64,000 bases of DNA from an uncultured Acidobacteriota bacterium (GTDB lineage: Bacteria > Acidobacteriota > UBA6911), in the NCBI GenBank assembly GCA_963809485.1, contig CAWEJX010000006.1, positions 1 through 64,000 on the forward strand, read 5' to 3'. The notes under the pieces were generated by a model that had not been told where the DNA came from, ran no database searches, and saw nothing but the letters and a program-made list of their open reading frames with translations. Positions 52,924 to 63,032 of this stretch are shown here, piece by piece. Each line of letters begins with the position of its first letter. Position 1 is the stretch's first letter. The position numbers and the translations under genes are program-made.

Positions 52924-53066
52924 TTGGACATACCATCCGTTTATCGGATAAACCATTCCTGTAGTTCTGCTTTCTTTCATGGCCAGAGTAAGAAAACGGT
53001 CACAGCTCGTGCAGCCATTGCAGCCGTGGACTGCAATTCGTGAAACGGGCCAACCTATGTGATTCG

Positions 53067-53308
53067 TAATTACATTGGTAAACGCCCGGCTCTACCGGGG
53101 GACTCATAGAGTTTGACAGCTCCGTATTTTGAAACGCTGAGATACGCTGACAAAAGCGCTGACAAACGCCGATTTGTTCGGCGGGGATCGGAAGCGCCTC
53201 ATCGGCTTTTGCCCGCGTAAGTCAGTGTTCAAGACCAGCGCAACTCCTCCAATCGCTTGGAGCGGTTCCAATCTTTCAAGCCTCCGGCTTTGCCGGAGGC
53301 GCCTGACT
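53067..53308 (+). mobile_element. IS200/IS605-type MITE, copy 4
   Basis: Same ends and core as the other copies. Confidence 0.8.
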
Positions 53309-53323
53309 CGTCACTCGGAATTT

Positions 53324-54181
53324 TCAGGCTGCTCCGTGTTTTCGGAACCATGCAAGCAGCCTTTTCCAGGCGTCCTCTGCGTCTTCCTTGCGGTAGCTCG
53401 GACGCACATCGGCAAAAAATCCGTGTCCTGCCTCCGGGTAAACGATAATTTCAGAGGGATTCCCGGCCTTTTTTAGCGCGTCCCGCATGCGGTCGACGGT
53501 GTCAAGCGGGATACCCTGGTCTTTGCCGCCGTATAAGCCCAGAACCGGAGCTTTGAGCGATGGAGCGATATCGATCGGGTGCTTCGGCTGCAATGCTGTC
53601 GGATCGCCAACCAGTCGTCCATACCACGCCACACCGGCTTTTACTTTTGGGTTATGGGCGGGATAAAGCCAGGTGACGCGGCCACCCCAGCAGAACCCGG
53701 TTACTCCCATCTTGCCGGTATTCCCTTGATTTTTGGCAGCCCACTGGACAGCGGCATCCAGGTCGGATAGAACCTGCGCGTCCGGGGACTGGGAAACAAT
53801 TTTGAAAACTTCGTCCATCTTCTCAATTTTGGATACATCTCCCTGCCGGAAGAAAAAATCCGGAGCGATGGACAGATAGCCTTCCTTGGCAAAACGACGG
53901 CAGATGTCCTTAATGTGCTCCTGCAATCCGAATACCTCACAGACAACCAAAGCAATCGGAAAGGGCCCGCCGGAAGCCGGCCTCGAGCGGTAGGATGGAA
54001 TTTCCCCGTCCGGGACAGGGATTTTTACGTCTCCGGAAATTAGTCCGCCTGCATCCGTTGTGATTTTCTGGGCGGAGACAGGCGTTGCGGCCAACGCGAA
54101 TCCGGCCGACACAGTGGCGGCAACAAATTCCCTACGAGTCAGTTCGGTCTCAGACGTATGCTTCACTGGGTCTTCATGCAT
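53324..54181 (-). CDS. Dienelactone hydrolase family protein with twin-arginine leader
   Basis: [19 protein letters not shown] nucleophile motif, AGHGF. Confidence 0.92.
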   Translation of the reverse strand: MHEDPVKHTSETELTRREFVAATVSAGFALAATPVSAQKITTDAGGLISGDVKIPVPDGEIPSYRSRPASGGPFPIALVVCEVFGLQEHIKDICRRFAKEGYLSIAPDFFFRQGDVSKIEKMDEVFKIVSQSPDAQVLSDLDAAVQWAAKNQGNTGKMGVTGFCWGGRVTWLYPAHNPKVKAGVAWYGRLVGDPTALQPKHPIDIAPSLKAPVLGLYGGKDQGIPLDTVDRMRDALKKAGNPSEIIVYPEAGHGFFADVRPSYRKEDAEDAWKRLLAWFRKHGAA

Positions 54182-54398
54182 GCCTTTTCCCTCCTTCAAT
54201 CCGTAGCGCTGCCTCAATGTTACCGGAAACCGGGTGGTATTCTGCAACTAATTAATCGCCACTCACCCTTCCTGGCCCCGGGTTGCGGATCCTACAGGAG
54301 GATCGGCTCAAGAGCCGGGTCCCGCGATTTCTTCAAACCCGATGGCGGAAAATGGTAACCTTGCATTCAGAGCCCGATTGCGACGGCGGAGGATGTCT

Positions 54399-55157
54399 AT
54401 GGAATTCACAAACGAAGAATTGCTGCGGTACAGCCGGCAGATAATGATTCCCGAAATCGGGGAAGAGGGACAGCGGAAGCTCAAGGCGGCCAAAGTATTT
54501 GTGGCCGGCGTGGGCGGATTGGGCTCCATATCGTCCTATTATCTGGCGGCAGCCGGGATCGGCTATTTGAAGATCGTGGACAGGGACAAGGTCGATTACA
54601 GCAATCTGAACCGGCAGATCATTCACTGGACCGATGACATCGGCAAGTACAAAACCGAATCGGGCCGGCGAAAACTCCAATCCCTGAACCCTCACTGCAC
54701 GATCGAGGCCATTCAAACGGAAATCACGGAGAACAATTGCCAGGAACTCATCGGCGACTGCAGCCTGATTGTGGACGCGATGGATAACATGAAGGGAAGG
54801 AGGGTATTGAACTCCGCTTCGGTCAAGAAAGGGATCCCGTATCTTTACGGGGGCGTTCATCAGCTGGACGGGATGTCAACCACCTTTATTCCGGGTCAGA
54901 CTCCTTGTCTGGAATGTGTGTTTCCCGGCGGGCACGAGGAATCCCCGCAAGCCCCTCCGGGAATCCTGGGCCCTGCGCCGGGGATTGTCTCATGCATTCA
55001 ATCCATCGAAACCATTAAAATCATACTGGGCATTAAGGGTCTGCTAACCGGCAGGCTGCTCTTTTTCTCCGGATTCGACATGACCTTCAGAGAATACAAA
55101 ATAACCAGCAATCCCCGGTGCCCGGTCTGCGGAGCACAGGCGCAGCAGGCATCATAG
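54399..55157 (+). CDS. HesA/MoeB/ThiF family adenylyltransferase
   Basis: RYSRQI, GVGGLG, SNLNRQ, PCLEC...CPVC; GGAGG RBS. Confidence 0.92.
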   Translation: MEFTNEELLRYSRQIMIPEIGEEGQRKLKAAKVFVAGVGGLGSISSYYLAAAGIGYLKIVDRDKVDYSNLNRQIIHWTDDIGKYKTESGRRKLQSLNPHCTIEAIQTEITENNCQELIGDCSLIVDAMDNMKGRRVLNSASVKKGIPYLYGGVHQLDGMSTTFIPGQTPCLECVFPGGHEESPQAPPGILGPAPGIVSCIQSIETIKIILGIKGLLTGRLLFFSGFDMTFREYKITSNPRCPVCGAQAQQAS

Positions 55158-55267
55158 ACTCGGATTATTAAAAGAGCCATTTGTGACGGCCATCACCTCA
55201 CCAAACTGTCCGAGAACGATACTACATTAATAGGGCAGGGAATCGCGGATATACGGAGGACGTTTCT

Positions 55268-55741
55268 GTGAGAAAATATGGGTGGCTGGTGTTGACCGCT
55301 GCAGCTCTTTTTTTTTGTGGCGGAAGCAGTGTCATTTCCAAAGACAATCAGGCGGCCAAAGGACAGGGGAAGGATAAATCCCAATGGGAAGAACCGACCC
55401 TGGGTGACCAGGTGCGCAAGACGCTCCCGCCCTCGGAAGGGATTTTCACCGAGCACGAGCGGGTGCTGATAAATGGATGGTATCAAAACGGGGCTAAGGG
55501 CCTGCCGCCGGGGCTGGCTAAGAAGGAGCAATTGCCGCCCGGGCTTCAGAAACAGCTCAGGAAAAATGGCACCCTTCCGCCGGGACTGCAAAAGAAGGTT
55601 CAGCCTTTGCCCATCGACATAGAGCGCCGGCTCCACGTGCTCCCCACCGGCTATCGCCGCGTTCTGTTAGGCGACAATGTCCTGATCCTCAATGCCAAAA
55701 ACGCCCTCATTTATGACGTCATGCGTATGGCGATCCCGTGA
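55268..55741 (+). CDS. Secreted protein with PPGLAKK/PPGLQKK repeats (RcnB-like tail)
   Basis: Signal peptide; three LPPGL(A/Q)K repeats. Confidence 0.75.
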   Translation: MRKYGWLVLTAAALFFCGGSSVISKDNQAAKGQGKDKSQWEEPTLGDQVRKTLPPSEGIFTEHERVLINGWYQNGAKGLPPGLAKKEQLPPGLQKQLRKNGTLPPGLQKKVQPLPIDIERRLHVLPTGYRRVLLGDNVLILNAKNALIYDVMRMAIP

Positions 55742-55808
55742 GCCGGCAATCCCGGAAACCCGGGGCCTGTCAGTGCGCGCCCCCGGGTCTCCTGGAAACG
55801 AAGATCGC

Positions 55809-56979
55809 TCATGAGCATTTCCGGAACGCGCGCGCGAAGCTCGGGAGCGAACGCACTATGGTTTCCCGAGGAACGGTCAGTGAGAGGCGGATGTAAGGGC
55901 CGCGTCCAAAGCCTGTGCCGGGCACAGCGAGTACACCCTCTTCCTGAAGTATCCGCAGGAACGCCACATCATCCGGGATAGGTGTCTTCGGAAAGACATA
56001 GAAAGCCCCCTGGGGTTTGCAGACTTCGTATCCGATCTCGGCCAGCCCGTTGCACATCAGGTCCCGCTTCTCCTGGTAGGCAGCCACATCCGGAAGCTCT
56101 TCCGGCGCCTCGGCCGTGACCATCTGCCAGACCGCAGGAGCATTGATATACCCGAGGATACGGTTTGTAAAAGTGCAGGCGTTGGCCAGATCTTCCGCTC
56201 CGGGCAGCCTGGGCGAGATGGCCAGGTAACCGATGCGCTCACCGGCCAATGCCCAGGTTTTGGACCATGAAGTGGCGATGATGCAATTGCTGATGATCGA
56301 TGCGGTTTCCGGACACTTCACGCCATCGTAAACGATGGCTTTATAGGGCTCGTCGCTGATCACCGCGATGGTGTGATCCGCCTTCTGCAGCACGGCCTCG
56401 AGGTCCCTTAGCGATGCTTCAGAATATATGACGCCGGTAGGGTTGTTCGGCGAGTTGATGATGATTGCCCGTGTGCGTGAGGTGATTTTCGACTCGATGG
56501 CCGGCACATCCAGCGAAAAATCTTTGCTGGTTTCCACCGGCACGGTGCGTCCGCCGTGATTGAGGATGTAAAAATTGTAGTCGGGGAAGTACGGATTGCA
56601 AACGATGACCTCGTCTCCCGGGTCGAGAATGGCCTTCAACGCTGTATTCATGGCGCCCGCACAACCGACCGTCATGAGAACCAGGTCTTCGTTGAAGGGT
56701 ACTCCTGTATCCCGCCGCAGGCGCTGGGCAACAGCCCGGCGCACGGCAGGGAATCCGGCGTTGGGCATATAGCCGTGATGCCGTGGGACGGTTTTCACCT
56801 GCCAGCCGGCGAAAAGTTTTCAGCACGCCTGAGGGCGGGTCTTCACTCGGATTCCCGAGCGTAAAATCGAATATGTTTTCTGCTCCCCGTTCTGCCTTCA
56901 ATCGAATGCCTTCCTCAAACATCCTGCGGATCCATGAGGAGTTTTCCAGCTGCTTTTTAATCACATCCGCGACAATCAT
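55809..56979 (-). CDS. PLP-dependent class I/II aminotransferase (frameshift near 56790)
   Basis: SSWIRRMFEEG, NSPNNPTG, SDEPY, SWSKTWALAGERIG. Confidence 0.9.
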
Positions 56980-57117
56980 TATTGGCTCCCATAGCAATGC
57001 CTGTATTCATCCGGCTTGCCGGACGCCTGCGGGGTCCGGCAGACAATGAGCCCAAATTCTAACTTCCGTTGCGGCAGCATGCAAGTCAGTTGCTGACTTT
57101 CCGGCTGCCTGTCTGTT

Positions 57118-58395
57118 TCAGGGGACGTATTCCGGGAAAAAGGAGCGGATGACCATGAACAGCGTCAACGTGATGATCACAATGCATGTAGTCCAGGCGA
57201 TGATATTGAATGTCCGGCTGTTGCGGTGCGAGCCCATGAGATCTTCACGGTTGCACAGCTTTAGCATAAATATCAAAACGAAGGGCAGCAGGATTCCGTT
57301 GGCGACCTGGGTGAACAGAATAATGGGAATCTGTTTGCTCTCGCTGAGAACCAGCACGGCGAGGCCGCCCAGAATGATCAGTCCCGTATAGAGGGAATAA
57401 AACACGGGAGCTTCGTGAGGCCGTTTATCAATGCCGGATTCAAAGCCCAGCCCTTCGCAGACGGTGTAGGCTGTCGCCAGCGGCAGAATGCTGGCTGCGA
57501 ACAGTGAGGCATTGCACAGCCCCAGTGCAAAGAGGGCGCTGGCGGCCCTCCCGGCGAGAGGCTCCAGCGCGAGGGCTGCGTCCGCCGCGCCATTAATCTG
57601 GCGATGACCCCCCATAAAGATCGTGGCCGCGCAAGCCACGATAATGAAGTAGGCGACCACGCTGACGAGGATGCAGCCGATGATGACGTCCAGCCTCGAC
57701 TGCCTGTAATTTTCAACCTTGATGCCCTTCTCGACGACTGCGGCCTGCAGGTAAAACTGCATCCAGGGGGCGATGGTGGTTCCTACCAGGCCCAGTATCA
57801 TATAGAGCTCGCCGGTACTTAGGTTCATCGTGGGAACGATCGTTCCCAATAGCGCCGACTCCCAATCCGGATGCGCCAGGAAACCCGATACCAGGTAGGC
57901 AAAATAAAACACGCAGGCAGTGAGAAATACCCTTTCTACGGTTTTGTGGCTTCCCCGGATCACCAGAAGCCAAACCATGACTGCTCCCAGGGGAACGGAA
58001 ATGAACCTGCTGACATGAAAAATGGACATTCCCGACGCCAGACCGGCAAACTCGGAAACGGTATTGCCCCAGTTGGTCAGCAGAAGCAGCACCATGAGGA
58101 TAAAGGTCATGCGGAACCCGTACTCCTCCCGAATAAGGTCTGCCAGCCCCTTGCCGGTGACGACGCCCATTCGTGCCACCATTTCCTGCACAATGATCAG
58201 AGCCGCCGTTATGGGGATCAGGGTCCATAGAAGCGCATAGCCATAGCGGGCGCCGGCCACCGAATAGGTGTAGATGCCTCCGGCATCATTGTCTACGTTG
58301 GAGGTGATGATGCCCGGGCCGACCACGCTCAAGAAAATTAGCAGACTGGTCCGCCAGCGCCGGAGCTTTGCGATATGCCATGGCAGGGTGAACAT
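57118..58395 (-). CDS. NRAMP-family divalent cation transporter (Mg2+-type, NrmT-like)
   Basis: GPGIITSNVDNDAGG and GTTIAPW in place of DPGN/MPH. Confidence 0.85.
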   Translation of the reverse strand: MFTLPWHIAKLRRWRTSLLIFLSVVGPGIITSNVDNDAGGIYTYSVAGARYGYALLWTLIPITAALIIVQEMVARMGVVTGKGLADLIREEYGFRMTFILMVLLLLTNWGNTVSEFAGLASGMSIFHVSRFISVPLGAVMVWLLVIRGSHKTVERVFLTACVFYFAYLVSGFLAHPDWESALLGTIVPTMNLSTGELYMILGLVGTTIAPWMQFYLQAAVVEKGIKVENYRQSRLDVIIGCILVSVVAYFIIVACAATIFMGGHRQINGAADAALALEPLAGRAASALFALGLCNASLFAASILPLATAYTVCEGLGFESGIDKRPHEAPVFYSLYTGLIILGGLAVLVLSESKQIPIILFTQVANGILLPFVLIFMLKLCNREDLMGSHRNSRTFNIIAWTTCIVIITLTLFMVIRSFFPEYVP

Positions 58396-58401
58396 GACCG
58401 G

Positions 58402-59643
58402 TCACCTTTCTTTAACAACCAGTTCCAGAACGTCGTCGGCTGTTACCACACCCAGAAGCCGGCCGTTATCGTCTACCACCGGCAGAGTAAGCAGGTTGTA
58501 TTTGTGAAAGGTGCTGATGACGGTTTTTTTATCCGCATGGAATGGAACTGATATCGGCGGATCCGCGACCAGATCGCCAAGCCGGGAATCCCTATCCGCA
58601 ATGAGCAGGCGCGCCAGGGGTATGGTCCGTGTCAGGTCCAGGCTTTCCGATATCAAATAGACGGAATGGACGGTCTCGACCGGACCGCTGAAATTCTTGA
58701 GGGCTTCAACGGCGGCCTCCACGGTCGCCGTCTCTGCCAGCACTATGAATTCCGTTGTCATGAAGCCGCCGGCCGTGTTTTCCTCGAACCCGAGCAGTTC
58801 ACGCACTTCTTCGGCCTCCTCGGCCTCCATATTCGCAAGGACCTCCGCCGAGGTTTCCGGCGGCAGTTCCTGCAGCACATCGGCTGCCTCATCCGGAGCC
58901 ATCTCTTCGACAATGTCGGCAGCCTTCCCGGCAGAGAGGCTGTTCAAGAGCGCCACCTGCATGCGTGTCGGAATTTCCGAAACGGCTTCGGCGGCCGTTT
59001 CGTCGTCCAGCGACTCGATGACGGACCTTTGGTCGTCCCGGCTCAATTCTTCGAGAATATCGGCCAGGTCCGCCGGATGAAGCTGGGCCAGCCGGTTGTA
59101 GGAAATCCTTAACTTGACGCGCCTTGCCGGGTCCGGTTCGATCAGGTTGACGAATTTCCAGGGGATGGTCTGCGTGGGCAAAACGGATACGATGGTGCGG
59201 ATCCGGTGTTTTGCGAATAGGCCCTGGAGCAGGCGGCGGACGGCGGCGGCCGCCCCGACGTTCACCGCAACGATGCGCAGTTCCGTCTGTTTGTGATCGG
59301 GCTGAATATCAAAATCCACGTCGATGACACGGACCACCTTCCGGTCATTGACGTCGATAATCTGCTGATCCAGGACATCCTTCTTGATGCAGATCAATCC
59401 CTCGTCGGGAGTGGAGCTGCCGATTTCGTTCGCGGGAACACTGGTCTGCACGGCACGCACCGAAATAGTGGAAATCCATCCATGCTCGATGCACAGAAGC
59501 TTCTTTTGAGGCGTCAGGACATAGAAATAAGCTACCAGAAAGGAATTCTGGCTCGGGTTGATCGCCAGTTCCACAAGACGTCCGAGATATTCACCCTTGG
59601 CGTCATAGGCCGGCAGATTTACGAGTTCGGTGAAATAGATCAT
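58402..59643 (-). CDS. MgtE intracellular N-domain/CBS protein (PRC-MgtE_N-CBS, no TM domain)
   Basis: LHPADLADILE, MAPDEAAD, TAGGFMT, LPVVD...GVVTADD. Confidence 0.88.
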   Translation of the reverse strand: MIYFTELVNLPAYDAKGEYLGRLVELAINPSQNSFLVAYFYVLTPQKKLLCIEHGWISTISVRAVQTSVPANEIGSSTPDEGLICIKKDVLDQQIIDVNDRKVVRVIDVDFDIQPDHKQTELRIVAVNVGAAAAVRRLLQGLFAKHRIRTIVSVLPTQTIPWKFVNLIEPDPARRVKLRISYNRLAQLHPADLADILEELSRDDQRSVIESLDDETAAEAVSEIPTRMQVALLNSLSAGKAADIVEEMAPDEAADVLQELPPETSAEVLANMEAEEAEEVRELLGFEENTAGGFMTTEFIVLAETATVEAAVEALKNFSGPVETVHSVYLISESLDLTRTIPLARLLIADRDSRLGDLVADPPISVPFHADKKTVISTFHKYNLLTLPVVDDNGRLLGVVTADDVLELVVKER

Positions 59644-59832
59644 GGTAGCCTCACTGACTGAGGTAGGATTCAGGAATCATAGTATACCAACACGCTGGAG
59701 AATGGGGGTGGGAAACGCCGCCGGACAACCCCGATGTCTCAGGTCGCAAGTCTCCTGCTGCCATAAACCTGTCACAGGTTTCGGGTGCTTTGGCGCTGTT
59801 TTTCAACCCCGGCTTGGTCTAGAATTTCGGGG

Positions 59833-60747
59833 ATGCATATCCCAGATGGATTTTTGTCCAACCCGATGGCAATTTCCCTGAACGTGGTTTCTGCGGCAAA
59901 CGTGCTCTATGCGGCGCGGCGAACCAAGATTGATCTCTCGGGGCGCATGGTGCCTATGATGGGGATGCTCGCGGCATTCGTTTTCGCCGCCCAGATGCTC
60001 AATTTCCCGGTTCTGGGCGGCACCTCGGGCCACCTGATAGGCGGCAGCCTCCTGTCCATCCTGCTCGGGCCATTGGCCGGATCTCTGGCCATGACAACGG
60101 TGATGGTTGCCCAGGCGCTCTTCCTTCAGGATGGGGGTCTGGTCGCCCTTGGGGCGAATATCTTCAACATCAGCATCATCACTTGCATGAGCGGTTATGC
60201 GATATTCCGGCTCCTCGGGGGGAATGCGGGCGGCGGCAAACGCCTGTTCTTGGCCGGATTTCTTGCCGGATGGTTCTCTACGGTTATTTCGGCTGCGTTT
60301 TGTGCGCTGGAACTGGGCTTGTCGGGAGCCATAACCTTGCGCATCGGTTTGATGACGATGGTCGGATATCATGCCGCCGTGGGGATTCTGGAGGGAATGC
60401 TGACGGCGGGGGTATTAAATTTCCTGCGCAAAGTCAGGCCGGATCTCCTGGCGCTGGAAGGCGTGGGAAAATTCAGGATTCCGGATTGGATCGGGGCTGT
60501 TCTTTTTGTGGCAATCCCCGCCGCCATCCTGGTCATGGCCGGAAGTTCGACTCTTCCGGACCCTCTCGAGACACTGCTGGAAACAAGCCCGCTCCCGCCC
60601 GAACTCGGATCCGGCAATATTCCGGAAAGGCTTGCATCCACCCTGCGCCTTGAGGAGTACCTGTTCCGGGCTGCAATATTCATTGGATTGATTGGCCTCG
60701 GATTCCTCGCGGTTCGCCTGACGCGGCGAAGGAGAAGCCGATCATGA
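59833..60747 (+). CDS. cbiM: ECF Co/Ni transporter substrate component CbiM/NikM with fused N-like region
   Basis: N-terminal MHIPDG motif, GTSGHLIGG, QDGGLVALGAN. Confidence 0.9.
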   Translation: MHIPDGFLSNPMAISLNVVSAANVLYAARRTKIDLSGRMVPMMGMLAAFVFAAQMLNFPVLGGTSGHLIGGSLLSILLGPLAGSLAMTTVMVAQALFLQDGGLVALGANIFNISIITCMSGYAIFRLLGGNAGGGKRLFLAGFLAGWFSTVISAAFCALELGLSGAITLRIGLMTMVGYHAAVGILEGMLTAGVLNFLRKVRPDLLALEGVGKFRIPDWIGAVLFVAIPAAILVMAGSSTLPDPLETLLETSPLPPELGSGNIPERLASTLRLEEYLFRAAIFIGLIGLGFLAVRLTRRRRSRS

Positions 60748-61454
60748 GACACAGCTTCATAGACCGCTACGCTTCTCTGGAATCCCCTCTTCATGTTCTG
60801 GAAGCCCGTTCCAAGCTTCTCGCCTTTACCGCCATGATCGTGGGCGTTTTATGCATCCCGGCTGACCGGGGATCGCTGTTTTTCATCTATTTTTTTGCCG
60901 CTGCAATCCTGATGGGCGTCTCCCAGATCCCGTTGACATACATCGTAGGGCGGACTTTTCTGATCCTGCCGTTCATTGTGCTGGCCGGCCTGGCGGCTCC
61001 CTGGAAGGGGGGATATCTGGGTTTGGGCATCCTGTTTATCCGGGCTGTTCTGTGCCTGTTCCTGCTGGTTCTCCTGACAAACACCACGCGCTTTGTCGAG
61101 CTGCTGCGCGGGCTGCGGAGGCTGGGCTGCCCCCAAATCCTGGTTATGAACCTTGGTTTCCTCTATCGCTATCTTTTTGTTCTCACCGAAGAAGCGATGA
61201 GGATGAAACAGGCGCGCGACTGCCGCCGTGTCGGACGCGCCCGGTTCAGGGAAGAGCTGAAAATATTGAGTTCGATGATCGGAACTCTCCTGATACGCTC
61301 TTTCGAGCGGGCGGAACGCATGCATTCGGCCATGCTTTCCCGCGCCTATGCAGGCGATTTCCCTGTCGTCTCGCCGCGGAAATTTACGCTGCGGGATGCC
61401 GCATTCCTTGCGGGAGTTGCGCTCTTTATCATTTTATCGTTCTGGATACGATGA
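60744..61454 (+). CDS. cbiQ: ECF transmembrane component CbiQ/NikQ
   Basis: YRYLFVL, RSFERAERMHSAMLSR. Confidence 0.9.
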   Translation: MRHSFIDRYASLESPLHVLEARSKLLAFTAMIVGVLCIPADRGSLFFIYFFAAAILMGVSQIPLTYIVGRTFLILPFIVLAGLAAPWKGGYLGLGILFIRAVLCLFLLVLLTNTTRFVELLRGLRRLGCPQILVMNLGFLYRYLFVLTEEAMRMKQARDCRRVGRARFREELKILSSMIGTLLIRSFERAERMHSAMLSRAYAGDFPVVSPRKFTLRDAAFLAGVALFIILSFWIR

Positions 61455-61508
61455 GACCTGGCGGACGACGAGTACGCCCGGATTTACTGTCCGCCGAGCA
61501 GGAATGAT

Positions 61509-62252
61509 ATGACCGACTATGCGGTTCGTATAACCCGGCTGAACTACACCTATCCTGATGGCACGAAGGCGCTGGAAGGGATCGATCTCGATGTGCGTCC
61601 GGGAGAACGGGTGGCAATTGTGGGCCCGAGCGGGGCCGGGAAATCCACGCTGCTCCTGCACCTGAACGGGATCCTGCCGGGCAGCGCGGCCGTGCGGATC
61701 AAGGGCCAAAGCATGGATTCTGCCGATTTAAGGCAAATCCGCAAACAGGTCGGATTGCTCTTTCAGGATCCCAACGACCAGCTTTTTTGTCCGACCGTAT
61801 TTGAGGATGTGGCCTTCGGCCCATTGAATCTTGGAGTGCCTGCAGCCGAAATTCCCCGCAGGGTGGAGAAGGCGCTGCTGGATTCCGGTCTGGACTACGC
61901 CATCCGGTCGCGTTCGTCGCATCATCTGAGCCTTGGTGAAAGAAGGCGGGTTTCTCTGGCAGCCGTCCTTGTGATGGAACCCGAAATCCTGGGAATGGAC
62001 GAACCGACGAGCAATCTCGACCCAAGGAATCGCCGTCATTTGATTGAAGTGGTCTCCGGACTCAAGGCAACCCTGATCATTGCCACGCACGATCTGGAAC
62101 TCGTGCTCGACGTGTGCCCGCGGACGGTTTTGATGGATCACGGCAAGATTTGGGCGGATGGCGAGACGCGGGCCATGCTCGCCGATGCCCGGCTGATGGA
62201 TCTCCACGGTCTGGAGGTGCCGTTGAGCCTGAAATCCGGGACCAGGACATAG
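61509..62252 (+). CDS. cbiO: ECF ATPase CbiO/NikO
   Basis: GPSGAGKST, FQDPNDQLF, LSLGE, DEPT. Confidence 0.92.
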   Translation: MTDYAVRITRLNYTYPDGTKALEGIDLDVRPGERVAIVGPSGAGKSTLLLHLNGILPGSAAVRIKGQSMDSADLRQIRKQVGLLFQDPNDQLFCPTVFEDVAFGPLNLGVPAAEIPRRVEKALLDSGLDYAIRSRSSHHLSLGERRRVSLAAVLVMEPEILGMDEPTSNLDPRNRRHLIEVVSGLKATLIIATHDLELVLDVCPRTVLMDHGKIWADGETRAMLADARLMDLHGLEVPLSLKSGTRT

Positions 62253-62396
62253 GATTTCAAACAGACGGAGGCTGCCGGCTGGGTTGAATCAAAGCCCGGC
62301 GGATGTATGAAGGCCGCAAGCCGCGGATCGTAAATCGGTTATCGGACGATTCCGGGGCGCGGGCTCAAAAGATTTTTTAAAGAAACTGGAGTTCCT

Positions 62397-63032
62397 ATGC
62401 CGTTGACGATTCCGGCCGGATCGGTGCAGCTTGAAGCACATCTGCGGGAGCCCCGGGAAACCCTCCGGGGGGCGGCCGTATTCTGCCACCCCCACCCGGT
62501 CTACGGCGGTACAATGGATAACCGGGTTGTCTACCGGGCGGCCAAATCTGCGGCTGCAGCCGGCTTTGCGGCTTTGCGCTTCAACTTCCGCGGCGCAGGC
62601 AACAGCACAGGTTCCTTTGACCAGGGAATCGGTGAAAAGGATGATGTCGCGGCGGCGTTGGATTGGCTGGAGGGAAGATACCCCGGACGCTTTATGGCGC
62701 TGGGGGGATACTCGTTCGGCGCCTGGGTAGGTCTTCAGATCGGGTGCGAGGACCGCCGCATTCGGGCGTTGCTGGGCCTCGGATTGCCCCTCAATCTTTA
62801 CAGCATGGACTTTCTCGCCGATTGTGCCAAGCCGGCGCTTCACATCGTTGGAACACGGGATGAATTCTGCTCCCCGGAAAACCTGGACCGATTGTCCCAA
62901 CGGCTGCCCGCGACTTCAAGGGTGCACCGCATAGCCGGGGCGGATCATTTTTTTAATGGGCATATAGAATTTGTCGAACGGCTTATGGCTGAATTTTTCG
63001 AGGAATTGCGGACCGATCAGGATACGGCATGA
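62397..63032 (+). CDS. Alpha/beta hydrolase
   Basis: CHPHPVYGGTMDN, RFNFRG, GYSFG, GADHFF. Confidence 0.9.
   Translation: MPLTIPAGSVQLEAHLREPRETLRGAAVFCHPHPVYGGTMDNRVVYRAAKSAAAAGFAALRFNFRGAGNSTGSFDQGIGEKDDVAAALDWLEGRYPGRFMALGGYSFGAWVGLQIGCEDRRIRALLGLGLPLNLYSMDFLADCAKPALHIVGTRDEFCSPENLDRLSQRLPATSRVHRIAGADHFFNGHIEFVERLMAEFFEELRTDQDTA

Noticed and set aside
12971-53308. Dispersed repeats as a CRISPR array
   Set aside because: Copies are kilobases apart, over 200 bp long, have no repeat-spacer periodicity, and no cas genes are present.
59644-59832. Cobalamin riboswitch before cbiM
   Set aside because: No B12-box or GCCACTG/GGGAAG core recognisable.
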